Shown here in pieces: positions 12,401 to 19,475 of a stretch of 64,000 nucleotides of DNA. This DNA is from a virus (Duplodnaviria > Caudoviricetes). The translations under genes were made by a program, and so were the position numbers. The notes beneath the pieces were generated by a model, which did not search any database, was not told where the DNA came from, and saw nothing but the letters and a program-made list of their open reading frames with translations. Numbering within the stretch: position 1 is the first letter of the stretch; every line of letters starts with the position of its first letter. Location: the IMG/VR virus record IMGVR_UViG_3300020161_002395, positions 100,711-164,710 of that record. One strand, written 5' to 3'.

Positions 12401-13986
12401 TGGTTTTTAACACCAGAGTGAATTAAAACTACTTGGTCCGTTTCAGGATTACCTACTTCAACTAGGTGAATTATTTTTGATAATGAAACCCCATTCAATG
12501 ATAAATGGTCGTAATCTAAAATTTGTACTTCATATATTTTATTTTTAACCATTGGATCAGTATCAGCTGCTGCTAGAATTCTATGACCAGCTATTAAATC
12601 AATACCATCAATGTTATATCCATATGAACCTTCAATGGTTGAAAAAATATCAGTTGTGTAAGTATCAATAAGATCAACATCTTTAATAGCAGTTGTACCA
12701 AAGTTAAACAATCTTAAATCGGCTTCGAATTCTATGATTGCACGTTTTGCTCTTGTAGATTGATCTAGTTCTGCTATTTTATTGTTATATCGAGCACTTG
12801 ATTCGATTGTATCTTTATGAAACCATCTATTATATCTAGACCATGGATTGTGATCTCGGCTAGATCTGTTTATAACGATGTAGTCTGGGGTTCCTGCAAA
12901 CGAAGTTGCATCACTAAATGGCATTTTGTCAAATGGTGTTGTATCAAACTGAACAGTAACAGAAGATGTATATGAACTTGTCATTTCTAATACAGATTCA
13001 TCCACTAATGTTATAGCGTTACCAACACCTTCAACATAATATTTCCCAGTAGAATATTCATTTGGTTCTACATTACCACCGAATGTGACTTTCATACCAT
13101 TACTCAATGGTGTTCCATCTGGTAATGCATATGTTTTTTTGCCTAATAATTCTGTTTCAACATTGATATATGAATTTTCTTCAATGGTTAAAATATGAAT
13201 TACTCCACCCAAATCAGTATCATTCTCACTCTGATAATATAATACAGAAGGAGCATCATATGGTATTGTAAATGTTATAGTACCGGTTTCTATAGTATTA
13301 TTTTTTAATCCAATATCAGTATATCTATTACTAGTACCAGAACTTCTATGTGTCTTAAAACTAAATGGGTTTCCTGGACTATTAATCTCAAAATTATATG
13401 TCTGCCCTTTGAATAAGGTTAGAGTTGGGTTTCTATCCAATCCATTAGGTGTAAATATATAAGTGTTATTATCACCTTCAGATTCAATAACAACAGTATA
13501 AGTACTTTCTATCTTATGTCTCTGTCCATATATTCTAATTACATCCGGGCCATAAGGTAACCAATAATAGTTCTGAAAATTTGATACTTTATCCCAGTCA
13601 ATATGTGGATCCCAACTATAAAATTCTTCTTTATTAATTCTTGAATGATTTGATACATCACTTCCAAAAACATCTAATTGATTTATATAATCAATATAAT
13701 CTTTAAACAATATAGTATTATTCAATGAATCTTTAATAACTAATCCTGGCTCTAATTGATAATTTTGTCGTACTGCATCGACCGCAGATAAAAATATGTC
13801 ATCCCCATTAGTTGCTTTTGCATTTCTACGACCAATATATCCATTTACTTTTTTAACAGTACCAGGTTTAATCAATTGATCCATTGTAGCTTGTAAAAAC
13901 TTTTTATTAAAATCTGTTGTATAAATTCTAGGTAAAAAGCTTGAAGAAATGTTATTACTGGCGTTTGGTTTTGTGCTATCTGCCAT
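424..13986 (-). CDS. Giant (4520 aa) virion structural protein, probable baseplate wedge/appendage component
   Basis: Uninterrupted ORF, TAATG-coupled to the gp6-like gene. Contains W-x5-Y-x2-G-x-IV-x-Y-x-G-x-YY (CBM5/12-like) modules, FG-GAP-like propeller repeats and 'G.GY...P' beta-modules. Confidence 0.75.
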   Translation of the reverse strand: MADSTKPNASNNISSSFLPRIYTTDFNKKFLQATMDQLIKPGTVKKVNGYIGRRNAKATNGDDIFLSAVDAVRQNYQLEPGLVIKDSLNNTILFKDYIDYINQLDVFGSDVSNHSRINKEEFYSWDPHIDWDKVSNFQNYYWLPYGPDVIRIYGQRHKIESTYTVVIESEGDNNTYIFTPNGLDRNPTLTLFKGQTYNFEINSPGNPFSFKTHRSSGTSNRYTDIGLKNNTIETGTITFTIPYDAPSVLYYQSENDTDLGGVIHILTIEENSYINVETELLGKKTYALPDGTPLSNGMKVTFGGNVEPNEYSTGKYYVEGVGNAITLVDESVLEMTSSYTSSVTVQFDTTPFDKMPFSDATSFAGTPDYIVINRSSRDHNPWSRYNRWFHKDTIESSARYNNKIAELDQSTRAKRAIIEFEADLRLFNFGTTAIKDVDLIDTYTTDIFSTIEGSYGYNIDGIDLIAGHRILAAADTDPMVKNKIYEVQILDYDHLSLNGVSLSKIIHLVEVGNPETDQVVLIHSGVKNQGDMYWFNGESWVKTQQKTSLNQPPLFDVVDENGVSYSDASVFTGTTFNGTKIFSYKIGTGSNDSVLGFPLSYKNINNIGDIVFNFNMVSDSFIYKELTSVIDKKINVGYLSKMDYSGNIIYVNGWQKNTLDNTQAAIRIYKSSNQVNNFEIDIFDNINELSDLTVKLYVNGVRLDKSNWNITDGPVYKVIQLAVDLMTTDVLTIRAFSSQLINETGYYEIPLNLQNNPMNDEMTDFTLGEIIDHVNSIVDNLSTFVGFFPGISNLRDLGNTSQYGTRFIQHSGPASLSLYHITTETNNIIRSIEKSRDDYGKFKRNFIKVAEQTGVDTDIISHVNLVLDKINKDKPNTFPYYFSDMAPCGASIKTIIQVVDYRIKLYPLTTVFSMELLSNKSVIVYVNDEQLLYSRDYYFDTQGFVVITSKLVNDDVITIYEYENTDGCFIPETPTKLGIFPKYQPMIYLDTSFVTPRWMIQGHDGSQVLAYGTYDVNGTPDYRDALLLELEKRIYNNIKVTYDTTIFDINDIIPGYNRKTEYSLSEFNNVLAPNFYKWTSLIDRDFSKPLSFDRSNSFTYNYSGHSAPDGSTVPGYWRGVYKWILDTDRPHLCPWEMLGFTEEPYWWTDVYGPAPYTSNNFVLWDDISNGFVKEPGKPTIKLERYAKPFITSHIPVDEYGELISPLMSDLANGIITESVSGDFVFGDMSPIESAWRRSSYYPFAIIITIMLLKPNQTIGVLLDRSRIIRNKTDQLVYKDTGLRIKPSDIVLPSIQSSINRSQTSGIINYLVNYILSDNLKSYTQYQYDLTNITPRISHRLGSFTSKEKFNLLLDSKTPLSTGNVFVPHENYDIILNSSNPIKKITYSGVIVTKLPDGFEVKGYSKTTPYFKYYAWQQSGITINVGGISESYLLWTSNQQYSAGKIVNYNGKYYRVKSLHTTSASFDQSYYQILPDLPIIGGKDAILRKRWDRETALTIPYNTKFRTTQEVVDFLQGYGEYLKDQGFIFDDFNTNLSSVTNWETSAKEFLFWTTQNWSTGQDKWDDWDADALVSYGSIVMYNGDYYRAIRNSQSSIFNTNDFVKLDGLSTIGSSVISLSPSAEKLTFSSPMSVVDDITNSFNGYEIYRVDGQTIPYNFLNSYREDNAVTYTPIGDDGIYGATFFLVQKEQVVIIDNSTMFNDTIYNPESGYKQDRIKVAGYLSIGWYGAFDVPGFIFDQAKIQDWEAWKDYALGDIVKYKEFYYSASKFINGTAEFNHTLWIKLDKKPVPALLPNWNYKASQFEDFYSLDSDNFDITQQKMAQHLIGYQKRQYLENIIQDDVSEFKFYQGMIIEKGTQNVFNKLFDVLSADNQESLKFNEEWAVRVGQYGASSSYENIEFILDESLFKNNPQGVELIDKVNSSSVDFIIRQSQNDVYLKPIGYNSNPWPMLTDKKPFLRTAGYVRENEVLISLKSIDEILKQDITKFVNGDYVWCSFDINGWNVYRYTDTNLVINNITYDNNVLTITTDRLISLAVGSYIGIRENIKVDNSFTTTGISGFYKISGVELNVLTIDIKGLQFTAPYDNNENTIIYSFDSQRVDSIDNIDLKLPKILKEKELLWTDDNGSGLWSTWEYSPVYTRYSHLYRNPINNLKYGKVIEISSDARLIATTLDTGEVITYDRGSTTSPWVQRQIIEIPFITPTIVNVNPTSIATTIAMSSDGRWMATGSSTVSYGSYQLNGFMNVINEQSNESSITNHGVISLYEKDINNIYTLVDTVLSPNPTQNEKFGSSLFFGSNCLYVGADYGNGTVYKLEYNDTVWATAYYDEIGSISTTIKLSNVSGIQAGMTAHGTGFTKSQKVVSVNSVNKTVLLNAEPDSTPSGMVTFTTTEWKYNTAKTKHGTNTNSGYGNKIIGTNDGNTILISAPGNVDLDGKVFVYKNDILTQTITGTNSYFGKDITISPTGEYISISDILFDGEKNNEGKVIVYKDTGTYIQYQELINNSPEVSGYFGTKILFANDYKTLLVYSKNADTVVKLNFTDNTIFDDSTTQFIDENNLDSGRIDVYNQYGSKWVFSESLEMTDSEEDGYGTVLIAASDCVIVSSPYATYNTIKSGVIYEYRKQPNTYSWTIKHNEILIPDVKKIKQAFLYNKSTNELIKYLDIIDPLNGKIAGIADSEIKYKVFYDPAIYSVGTPAVNVDDGMAWTTKNVGTLWWDLRTSKFVDSNDNDIVYRNSTWSTLATGASVDIYEWVESKYLPSEWDLQADTEVGLTIGMSGQSLYGDLAYSIKRKYDNVSKTFKNTYYYWVKNKKTTPNTSGRHISAQNISSLISNPRGEGYQYLALTGSNSFSLVNIKSLLNDKNVVLSVEYWLVDNSENNIHSQWKMVGTDINSNIPSLIEKKWIDSLCGKDAQDRVLPDTSLPLKLRYGVEFRPNQSMFINRYEALKQYVEQANLILKSVLITETRDISNLESYEAEPHVIRGLYDEMVDTDAELRFANINSYSRPVIEPQITDGRIIGINIISSGRGYINAPFIEVVGSGVDAVIKANINNYGQIIGATIVNSGYGYNDNTIMIVRDYSVLVHSDSQSSDVWSIYSYDPTTLLWSRIRSQTYDTRKYWGYIDWYADGYNQFSAIQYSVDTYSDLNSIEVNIGELVKVRYTNLGTWVVLKKYAESQSIDWTSSYQIIASQNGTIQLSKSLYEFSHSIVGYDNLLYDGGIFDNSASTELRVILNSIKTDIFIDDLKTEYLNLFFTCVRYVLSEQTYVDWIFKTSFIKATHNLGELHQSVTYRNDNLTNFEDYVSEVKPYRTIVREYISAYNKTDLNQLSITDFDIPPVYDNGNNGIIDTNVVDGIINIDDSHIQSYPWKHWVDNVGFNLLNIIVVDGGEGYISEPVVNIIGKSKMTATAKAFIANGKVTRIILMTSGTGYLSAPTIQLEGGISITGKKATAVAIIGDGVIRSNLIKIKFDRITQSYYITKLQETETFSGSGSRLIFPLKWAPDVRIGTSSVTINGIDALRDDYKLKIVKTIVNGHTNYIGSITFLTPPTNNAIISITYIKDWSLLNAADRIQYYYNPGDGDLGKDLSQLMTGMDYGGVIVSGLGFEVSRGWDSSPYYSDKWDTMDSTFDDYIVYVAADTREFNLPYIPDNGDVINIYHKPDGSTDNPVRIDDQYYNTDGQSNENAVMSSFIGDGIHRTITIPNTVAVGTNDEFIFRKITSDGSIKPLEADYDTALSGGDLAYSTAKGLAADDIIIDGDGFVTPTSSPAPEEVVPGQIVDSVAIKVFDMQSNGSANVNIDNYYADGVIKSFPITYKNVNNKSIIVKLTNANQSVIKNISDDYIIDGINNAVVFNQVPAADSLISIYEIGYSGNNLLDVGHIVGDGNTKEFLTKAPWITPVSSLVNVNGTPGSYNLINLDGFIAIKFDEAPVSYSNIDYIINNGASRSFSFSKIEKIPVDGRSADSPYMLMSSYGDSFQIESKVIVRVDQTILKSPNNSYYTLKSNKLNYTVDKLKKQPYKDDVYTIKVYADGNLLIIGEDYSVDLSGITVKITKNIYNQYNGKQLIISLISEQGYSIIPATTNEPSKIYFNQSYDSSHSVEIINSYEHSSLDIQRSDLNLDIILTPEEPEYYTYNNILGGIITLDRPVINDNYVWVVKNGILLVPSVDYRLNENKSSIELEDGSLSTDDFSIITFGSNILLPSISYMQFKDMLNRTHYKRLSLKKQTILVNDLKWNDIIITVADGSNFDNPNPLNNKPGVVEIRGERIEYFEINGNVLSKLRRGTLGTGTPVVHTAGSYVQDIGASETIPYIETNITKQIVSTGSNIIQLDDMIPTKSSTPWNYDTGFTSSIPSNYGQADDIEVFVGGYNDSTVWASNVTYAIDQIVIVGSYTYRCKEAHISGLKFHDDILKWDFFIGNIRLKKKPYKVHNVNINQDSPAGDIQFDADFSVDGISSTMRLTNNLTPGTRITIVKRTGINWDGYNINLLNQGTRIGNYDSSVYGSSDVVSTFLKAEPGIWYTVLK

Positions 13987-16900
13987 TAGTTACTCCCGTA
14001 TAATGAACTTGTTATTGCTTGTTGTGATGAAACGGTTGAATCAACTGCAGTTCCGCTCACTGATTTAATGTTACTTGTAGTAATTCCAGTAATGATTTCT
14101 ATATCATCAACTGTAGCCCCATTTATAAAAAGTTGGTTACTCAATGATTTTATTTCAAATAAGCTTCCAAAATTTAATGTACCCTGTCTAGGCACTATCA
14201 CAATTGATGAAATATTTGGTGATAATTTATTCATAATGTAGGTTGATAATTCTGAAAAATAGAAAGTATCTCCAAAATCCCAATTTTCTAATGCAAAAAA
14301 TTCATTAATAGCACTTATAACTTGTGATTTTATATCATTGTTAGATATTACTTGACCTTGAGTTTTAATAACTTTAAAAGATGCTTGTAAATCTGGAGTT
14401 GCTTTACTTCCAAATAATATTCTATAATTAACTGGGTGATATACGATTTCATCTGATGTAGCTTTAATTAAATTCAAGTTAGATGATAATGTATTATACA
14501 ACTCAGCCGAACTTGGTGGCAATGGCATATTAATTACTGACCCGCTTACCCACTGTCTATATAATATATCATAAGATTTAGTCAATACATAAACATCTAT
14601 AATATTACTAACACCTGGATCTATTCTAGAATCATAGTCTGCACTATGGGTATATTGAAACTTTAAGTTATCCCTACCTGAATATACCTTATAATCAAGT
14701 GTTGGTGTAAATGTTCCAGATGGGAGTTTTAATTGTTTTACTACATCAGTATCGATAAAATAAAAATATTGTCCATTTCGATATTGAATCAATGATCCAA
14801 CATCAGATTGTGATTGTAAAATTTTAACTTTAGTATCTATATTTGAAACATATCTGTAATCTTCTTGACCAATTGAAATTGTATATTTTTCTAAAATTAT
14901 ATATTTTGTTAACACATTAGTAGTTGGAGATACAATATTTAAAAATGATTCAGGATTGTCAACAGTTCCGTTATAATCAGTGTCGGCAAATGTTACTATT
15001 ATTTTTTTGGTATCAATGTAGCCATCTAATCCAACATACTCTGAAACAATGTCCCATTTTATATCTGTAGTATATGGTTGTGTACTATCAGGTTGATTGT
15101 TTACACCAAGTATATTAATCCTGTCACTAACTACAGAATTAGTTCTACTATCATATATTTTCAAGTTACTATCAAAATAAAATCTCAGCTGTTTATCACT
15201 TTCAAAAATATATCTAGATTCCCTACTGGTGATTGTATAATATTCATTATCTGTCGTAAATAACAATATCCAACTAGAATCTTGTTGTGTATTAGTAACA
15301 ATCCCCTGCTTCAATAATGAAAAATTTGATGATGTATCTAAGTTTGTTTCAAATATAACTTTCCAAGATTGTGTTGATGCATCATATCGCAATCCAAATG
15401 GTTTATTAGAAAATATCAAATCTATCATAGTTGTCACTACAGCAGAATCTAACGAGGTTCTCCATTTTGGAATTATCTGTGTTATAATAGCATTAGTAGG
15501 TATTACGTTATTTAAGGTAATCGGTCCTGTACCGTCTGCTAGTATACCAGACCCTGCAGCGCGACCATCATCCACTATTGATACTACCTCAGCCCATAAT
15601 TCAGTTTTTGCACCCAATGATGTGGCAACACCATTTGTTAATTTATTATTATTAGTTGTGTCAAAATACTTACCTGATGGTGCGGAAAACTTTACCAATG
15701 CACCGGCAGTAACATATTTTAACAACGTATTCACTGAACTTCCTACAGCATATATTTCACCATCTAATACATTACCTATATTACCAGTTGACGAATTATA
15801 ATCAGTCGTCACAGAATTCCATAATATGTTCATACTGGTTGTTACATAATTTATGTAATTTGAATAATAAAAATTTCTAACACCAGGATTGGCAATTATA
15901 TCTAAAACTGTATTATAGATAATTCCTTCAATATCCGTTCTTGTTGAATATGAAAATCTGGTCGATGACGTATATGTTTCTGTATGTAAAACCCCATCAT
16001 CAGCAAATAAATTTGTGGTACTATACTTCCCAGTTGGATCAACTAAGTCAAAATATCGACTAATACCACTAGATGTTCTATTAACAGCCTTAACTTTAAG
16101 TACTTGCTGATTAACACTTAATGGACTTATGTTATAATCTTCACCAGTTATCATTCTATTTTGAGTATAATAATTTGCTGGAGCATTTGCTTTAATACTA
16201 TTATTGGATTCAGAAGAATCTGAATTGGCCACCGATGTTGATAAACTAAGTGATAAAGATAATGTCTCAATTTGGCCAGTAATTGATGTATATGGAATTG
16301 CTATAGAAACACTTTTAATATCTTGGGTATTTATTGTATATGACAGTCCATTACTTATTCTATAATAAGTTCTAAATGTCCCAAGAGGTAAGTTTCCAAA
16401 TGTACCATCACTAAATGTCAAACTAACTGAATCACCAACTCTAGTAGTAACTCCATATATATTTCTAATGCTTTTAACAATACTGTTATATATTATGTTG
16501 TTTCCTTCAAAACTTGGAACTTGTGTCCATATTTCTGATTCACTTCCATTTGCATCTAATCTATATAACCATATATCATTATTATTAATATTTTGGGAAT
16601 CTATATCAATTGATTCGTTTGAACTTGGCTGAGATATTGTAAATGTTCCAGTATTCAATGAACCTTGTGTAAAATTAAAATAAAATCCTGTTCCAGAACT
16701 ACCATACCCCTTCCCATCATCTTTATAAACACAGGCAATTTTATTAGCTATTCTCGGAGCTTCTTCATAAATGTAATTTTGTCCACTGAATGTAGTACTA
16801 GTTATTTCAAAATTCATATTACTACCAGATATAGACTTAGTGAAAGAATAAACCGGAACGTCAGCATTAGATGATTCAAATCTGTATTGCTCTGTTGGGG

Positions 16901-17444
16901 TTCCTTGAATAATTGCTTTATCAGATGGGTTTCCGAATTGTTGATTTGGTGAGAAAGCTGCATTTATAACTTTAAAGAACTGATCATACCAATTTGAATT
17001 TGATGGATCATTCCAAGTAATTATTTGCCCAGATAGATTTCTACCGTTGCTATCAATAACATTTTCGGTTGTTTGAATAGTATTAAATTTTAACAGACCT
17101 TGTGCAGGAATATTTCTTTTTGCATTATAACTGATCAACCGTGCCAATCTTAAAACACTATCACGGCGCTCTGCCAACTCTAAGAAATTCTCACGAGCAT
17201 TTAAATCTACTCTAAATGCAATACTTTGACCAAGAAATGCAACTAAATCAATAAGAGCTAGATACTCAGAACTTTCTATATAATCATTAAAATCTTCCGG
17301 GTAATTCTGTCTTATGTAATCAATCATTACTCTACGTAAATTTTCAAAATCATAACTTTGAAAATCCGCATTTCGATATGATTGATATATTTTCTTCCAA
17401 TCCTCAGCTAGTAAAAGTCTGTTTTGTCTATCTGTTGAGCTCAT
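13986..17444 (-). CDS. gp6: Baseplate wedge protein, T4 gp6-like
   Basis: N-terminal 'SYDFENLRRVMIDYI...DFNDYIESSE...LIDLVAF...ARENFLELAERRDSV', 'FSDGTFG', 'TQNRMITGEDY'; adjacent to the gp25-like gene. Confidence 0.85.
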   Translation of the reverse strand: MSSTDRQNRLLLAEDWKKIYQSYRNADFQSYDFENLRRVMIDYIRQNYPEDFNDYIESSEYLALIDLVAFLGQSIAFRVDLNARENFLELAERRDSVLRLARLISYNAKRNIPAQGLLKFNTIQTTENVIDSNGRNLSGQIITWNDPSNSNWYDQFFKVINAAFSPNQQFGNPSDKAIIQGTPTEQYRFESSNADVPVYSFTKSISGSNMNFEITSTTFSGQNYIYEEAPRIANKIACVYKDDGKGYGSSGTGFYFNFTQGSLNTGTFTISQPSSNESIDIDSQNINNNDIWLYRLDANGSESEIWTQVPSFEGNNIIYNSIVKSIRNIYGVTTRVGDSVSLTFSDGTFGNLPLGTFRTYYRISNGLSYTINTQDIKSVSIAIPYTSITGQIETLSLSLSLSTSVANSDSSESNNSIKANAPANYYTQNRMITGEDYNISPLSVNQQVLKVKAVNRTSSGISRYFDLVDPTGKYSTTNLFADDGVLHTETYTSSTRFSYSTRTDIEGIIYNTVLDIIANPGVRNFYYSNYINYVTTSMNILWNSVTTDYNSSTGNIGNVLDGEIYAVGSSVNTLLKYVTAGALVKFSAPSGKYFDTTNNNKLTNGVATSLGAKTELWAEVVSIVDDGRAAGSGILADGTGPITLNNVIPTNAIITQIIPKWRTSLDSAVVTTMIDLIFSNKPFGLRYDASTQSWKVIFETNLDTSSNFSLLKQGIVTNTQQDSSWILLFTTDNEYYTITSRESRYIFESDKQLRFYFDSNLKIYDSRTNSVVSDRINILGVNNQPDSTQPYTTDIKWDIVSEYVGLDGYIDTKKIIVTFADTDYNGTVDNPESFLNIVSPTTNVLTKYIILEKYTISIGQEDYRYVSNIDTKVKILQSQSDVGSLIQYRNGQYFYFIDTDVVKQLKLPSGTFTPTLDYKVYSGRDNLKFQYTHSADYDSRIDPGVSNIIDVYVLTKSYDILYRQWVSGSVINMPLPPSSAELYNTLSSNLNLIKATSDEIVYHPVNYRILFGSKATPDLQASFKVIKTQGQVISNNDIKSQVISAINEFFALENWDFGDTFYFSELSTYIMNKLSPNISSIVIVPRQGTLNFGSLFEIKSLSNQLFINGATVDDIEIITGITTSNIKSVSGTAVDSTVSSQQAITSSLYGSN

Positions 17445-17460
17445 AATTAATCCTAATAAT

Positions 17461-17470
17461 TGTATTTATT
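17461..17470 (-). promoter_or_regulatory. Putative late promoter (ATAAATAC)
   Basis: Minus-strand AATAAATACA in the intergenic gap upstream of the gp6-like gene. Confidence 0.5.
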
Positions 17471-17490
17471 GAATTAATTAAGTATGTATA

Positions 17491-17934
17491 TTATTGCATT
17501 AATAATCCATTTTCTTGATCAAATCTGAGTTGTAATGATTGTGTCATATTATACGGCATATATGTCAATGAACATTGAATCTGAATTCCACTCTCATATT
17601 GGGTAACTATTACATTTTCAGCTCGTATTCTAGGATCATAATTTATGATTTCATTAACATTTTGTAATATTAAATTTTTTACATGTTCAGTCAATGGTTC
17701 AAATAGTAAATCCCATATAATAGTACCAAATGTAGGATTCATCAATCTTTCACCTTGTCTAGTATAAAAATGGTTTAATAAGTCCTGTTTTATTAATTCA
17801 AAATCATACAACTTAAAATTTTCAGTATTAGTATTTACTGTACTGAAACCTTTATACATTTTTGATGTTATTTGATTTGGTTTATGTACTGCTGGTAATG
17901 ATATTTTATCATAAAGTCTAGCATTTGAACTCAT
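17491..17934 (-). CDS. gp25: Baseplate wedge subunit / sheath initiator, gp25-like
   Basis: 'LIKQDLLNHFYTRQGERLMNPTFGTIIWDLLFEP...YDPR' is the gp25 signature; 147 aa. Confidence 0.9.
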   Translation of the reverse strand: MSSNARLYDKISLPAVHKPNQITSKMYKGFSTVNTNTENFKLYDFELIKQDLLNHFYTRQGERLMNPTFGTIIWDLLFEPLTEHVKNLILQNVNEIINYDPRIRAENVIVTQYESGIQIQCSLTYMPYNMTQSLQLRFDQENGLLMQ

Positions 17935-19475
17935 TTTTCTGCTCCTTTTACTTTAGCAAATGTATCGGTTGTAGTTGTATATTTCTGCCACATATCAGCT
18001 GGTGCTTTCATAGACTCGGTTGGTGTTGTACGTTCATTATCAACATTTCTATCAGTATTAGCTGATGAATATTTGACAGGATCTAAATTTTCATGCTGTG
18101 GATACGGTTCATGCGTTGGTACTCGACGCATTATTGTTTCGATAGTACTGCCATCTTCCATTGGTAAAATATGTGTTAATAATTGTGAAGTAACTTCCGC
18201 AATAGCAGCTTGAATACCATTAGAATGAATTTTTGAAGCAGTCATAATATGATTTCCACCTGAATTAACTTCTGTGGTTGTACCAGCTGTAAATTTATTA
18301 CTACCAGTTGTATTAACATCTAATTTACCCTTGGTCGTAATTTTTCCGTTTAGACCAATAATCAAACTTGTATTTTTACCAGAATCTATATGTATATTAT
18401 TTGCAGATTTAACATTAATGTTTCTTCCAGCTTCTAAATTTATATCTCTATTTGCATAAAAATTAAAATCTTTATTGGTATGTAAACTAATACTATCTTG
18501 TGCATATATGTCTATTTTACCATTACTAGTCAGTTCAATCCAGGTTGTACCACTTGCATTTGATATATAAATTAAATCTTCTGAATTATGTAATAAAATT
18601 TGATGACCAGTTCTAGTTCTAAATCTTATTAATTCATTATGTGGTATTGTAACATCGCCGCCAGTTTCGCCTTGTTCAACTGCAACATATTCAGGACCGG
18701 CTTCTTTAGCTGGTTTTTTACGGAGGAATTTATCATCACCATCATCCATTACAAAAGTAGAACCACCTAACCTACTAACAAATGCATTTGGTACTTGATG
18801 TTCTTTTTTACCAATCGGTCCTCGTTTAGCAGTTTGTCTTTTATCAGTTGGTCCAGGTGTACTAATACCAAACACCATACTGGGTGCCTCCCGTCTAGCA
18901 CTACTAGTCGTTATTCCTCGAATATCATCTTTTATCAATCCTTGTGATGATAAAACATCCGCTAATGGGTGTTTTGGTTTTTTAACTTTGGTGGCATCTA
19001 CTGTGTTTTCTGTTATTTTTTTATTATACTCAGCAACCGGAACTCTACCAGTCTGTGTTTCTACCACACTTTCAGTCGCGGCTAGACCAGGAACCATAAA
19101 GTTCATACCTTTATCCATAACACATCCAATCCAATATCCACGTTTTGGATCTCCATCGATAAAAATAACAACAACCGTTGATCCTGGATCTGGTGGTATC
19201 ATCCACATACCGTAGCTTTTTTGTGTGTTATTATAATCATCTGGGTCAGCTGCTGTATACGCTTCACTAGTTACTCCATAAAATGGACTCATATATTGAA
19301 CTTGATGTAGTTGTCCTTCTGACGCGGTATTACCAGCACCTGCTCTGAGTATTTCTACTTCTAAAATCCCCATATTAGTAGGATCAAGATGACTTATAAC
19401 CTTTGCCAAAAATGGTCCTGGTTTTGATTCCCCTTGATTCACTGACATATGATTGTTATTCGATTGATTTGTCAT
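17931..19475 (-). CDS. gp5: Baseplate central spike, gp5/VgrG-like (OB-fold plus beta-helix; no lysozyme domain seen)
   Basis: OB-fold 'YGMWMIPPDPGSTVVVIFIDGD...YWIG', 'RTRTGHQILLH' and beta-repeats. Start placed at ATG 19475 (TAATG overlap with the upstream stop). Confidence 0.75.
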   Translation of the reverse strand: MTNQSNNNHMSVNQGESKPGPFLAKVISHLDPTNMGILEVEILRAGAGNTASEGQLHQVQYMSPFYGVTSEAYTAADPDDYNNTQKSYGMWMIPPDPGSTVVVIFIDGDPKRGYWIGCVMDKGMNFMVPGLAATESVVETQTGRVPVAEYNKKITENTVDATKVKKPKHPLADVLSSQGLIKDDIRGITTSSARREAPSMVFGISTPGPTDKRQTAKRGPIGKKEHQVPNAFVSRLGGSTFVMDDGDDKFLRKKPAKEAGPEYVAVEQGETGGDVTIPHNELIRFRTRTGHQILLHNSEDLIYISNASGTTWIELTSNGKIDIYAQDSISLHTNKDFNFYANRDINLEAGRNINVKSANNIHIDSGKNTSLIIGLNGKITTKGKLDVNTTGSNKFTAGTTTEVNSGGNHIMTASKIHSNGIQAAIAEVTSQLLTHILPMEDGSTIETIMRRVPTHEPYPQHENLDPVKYSSANTDRNVDNERTTPTESMKAPADMWQKYTTTTDTFAKVKGAEK

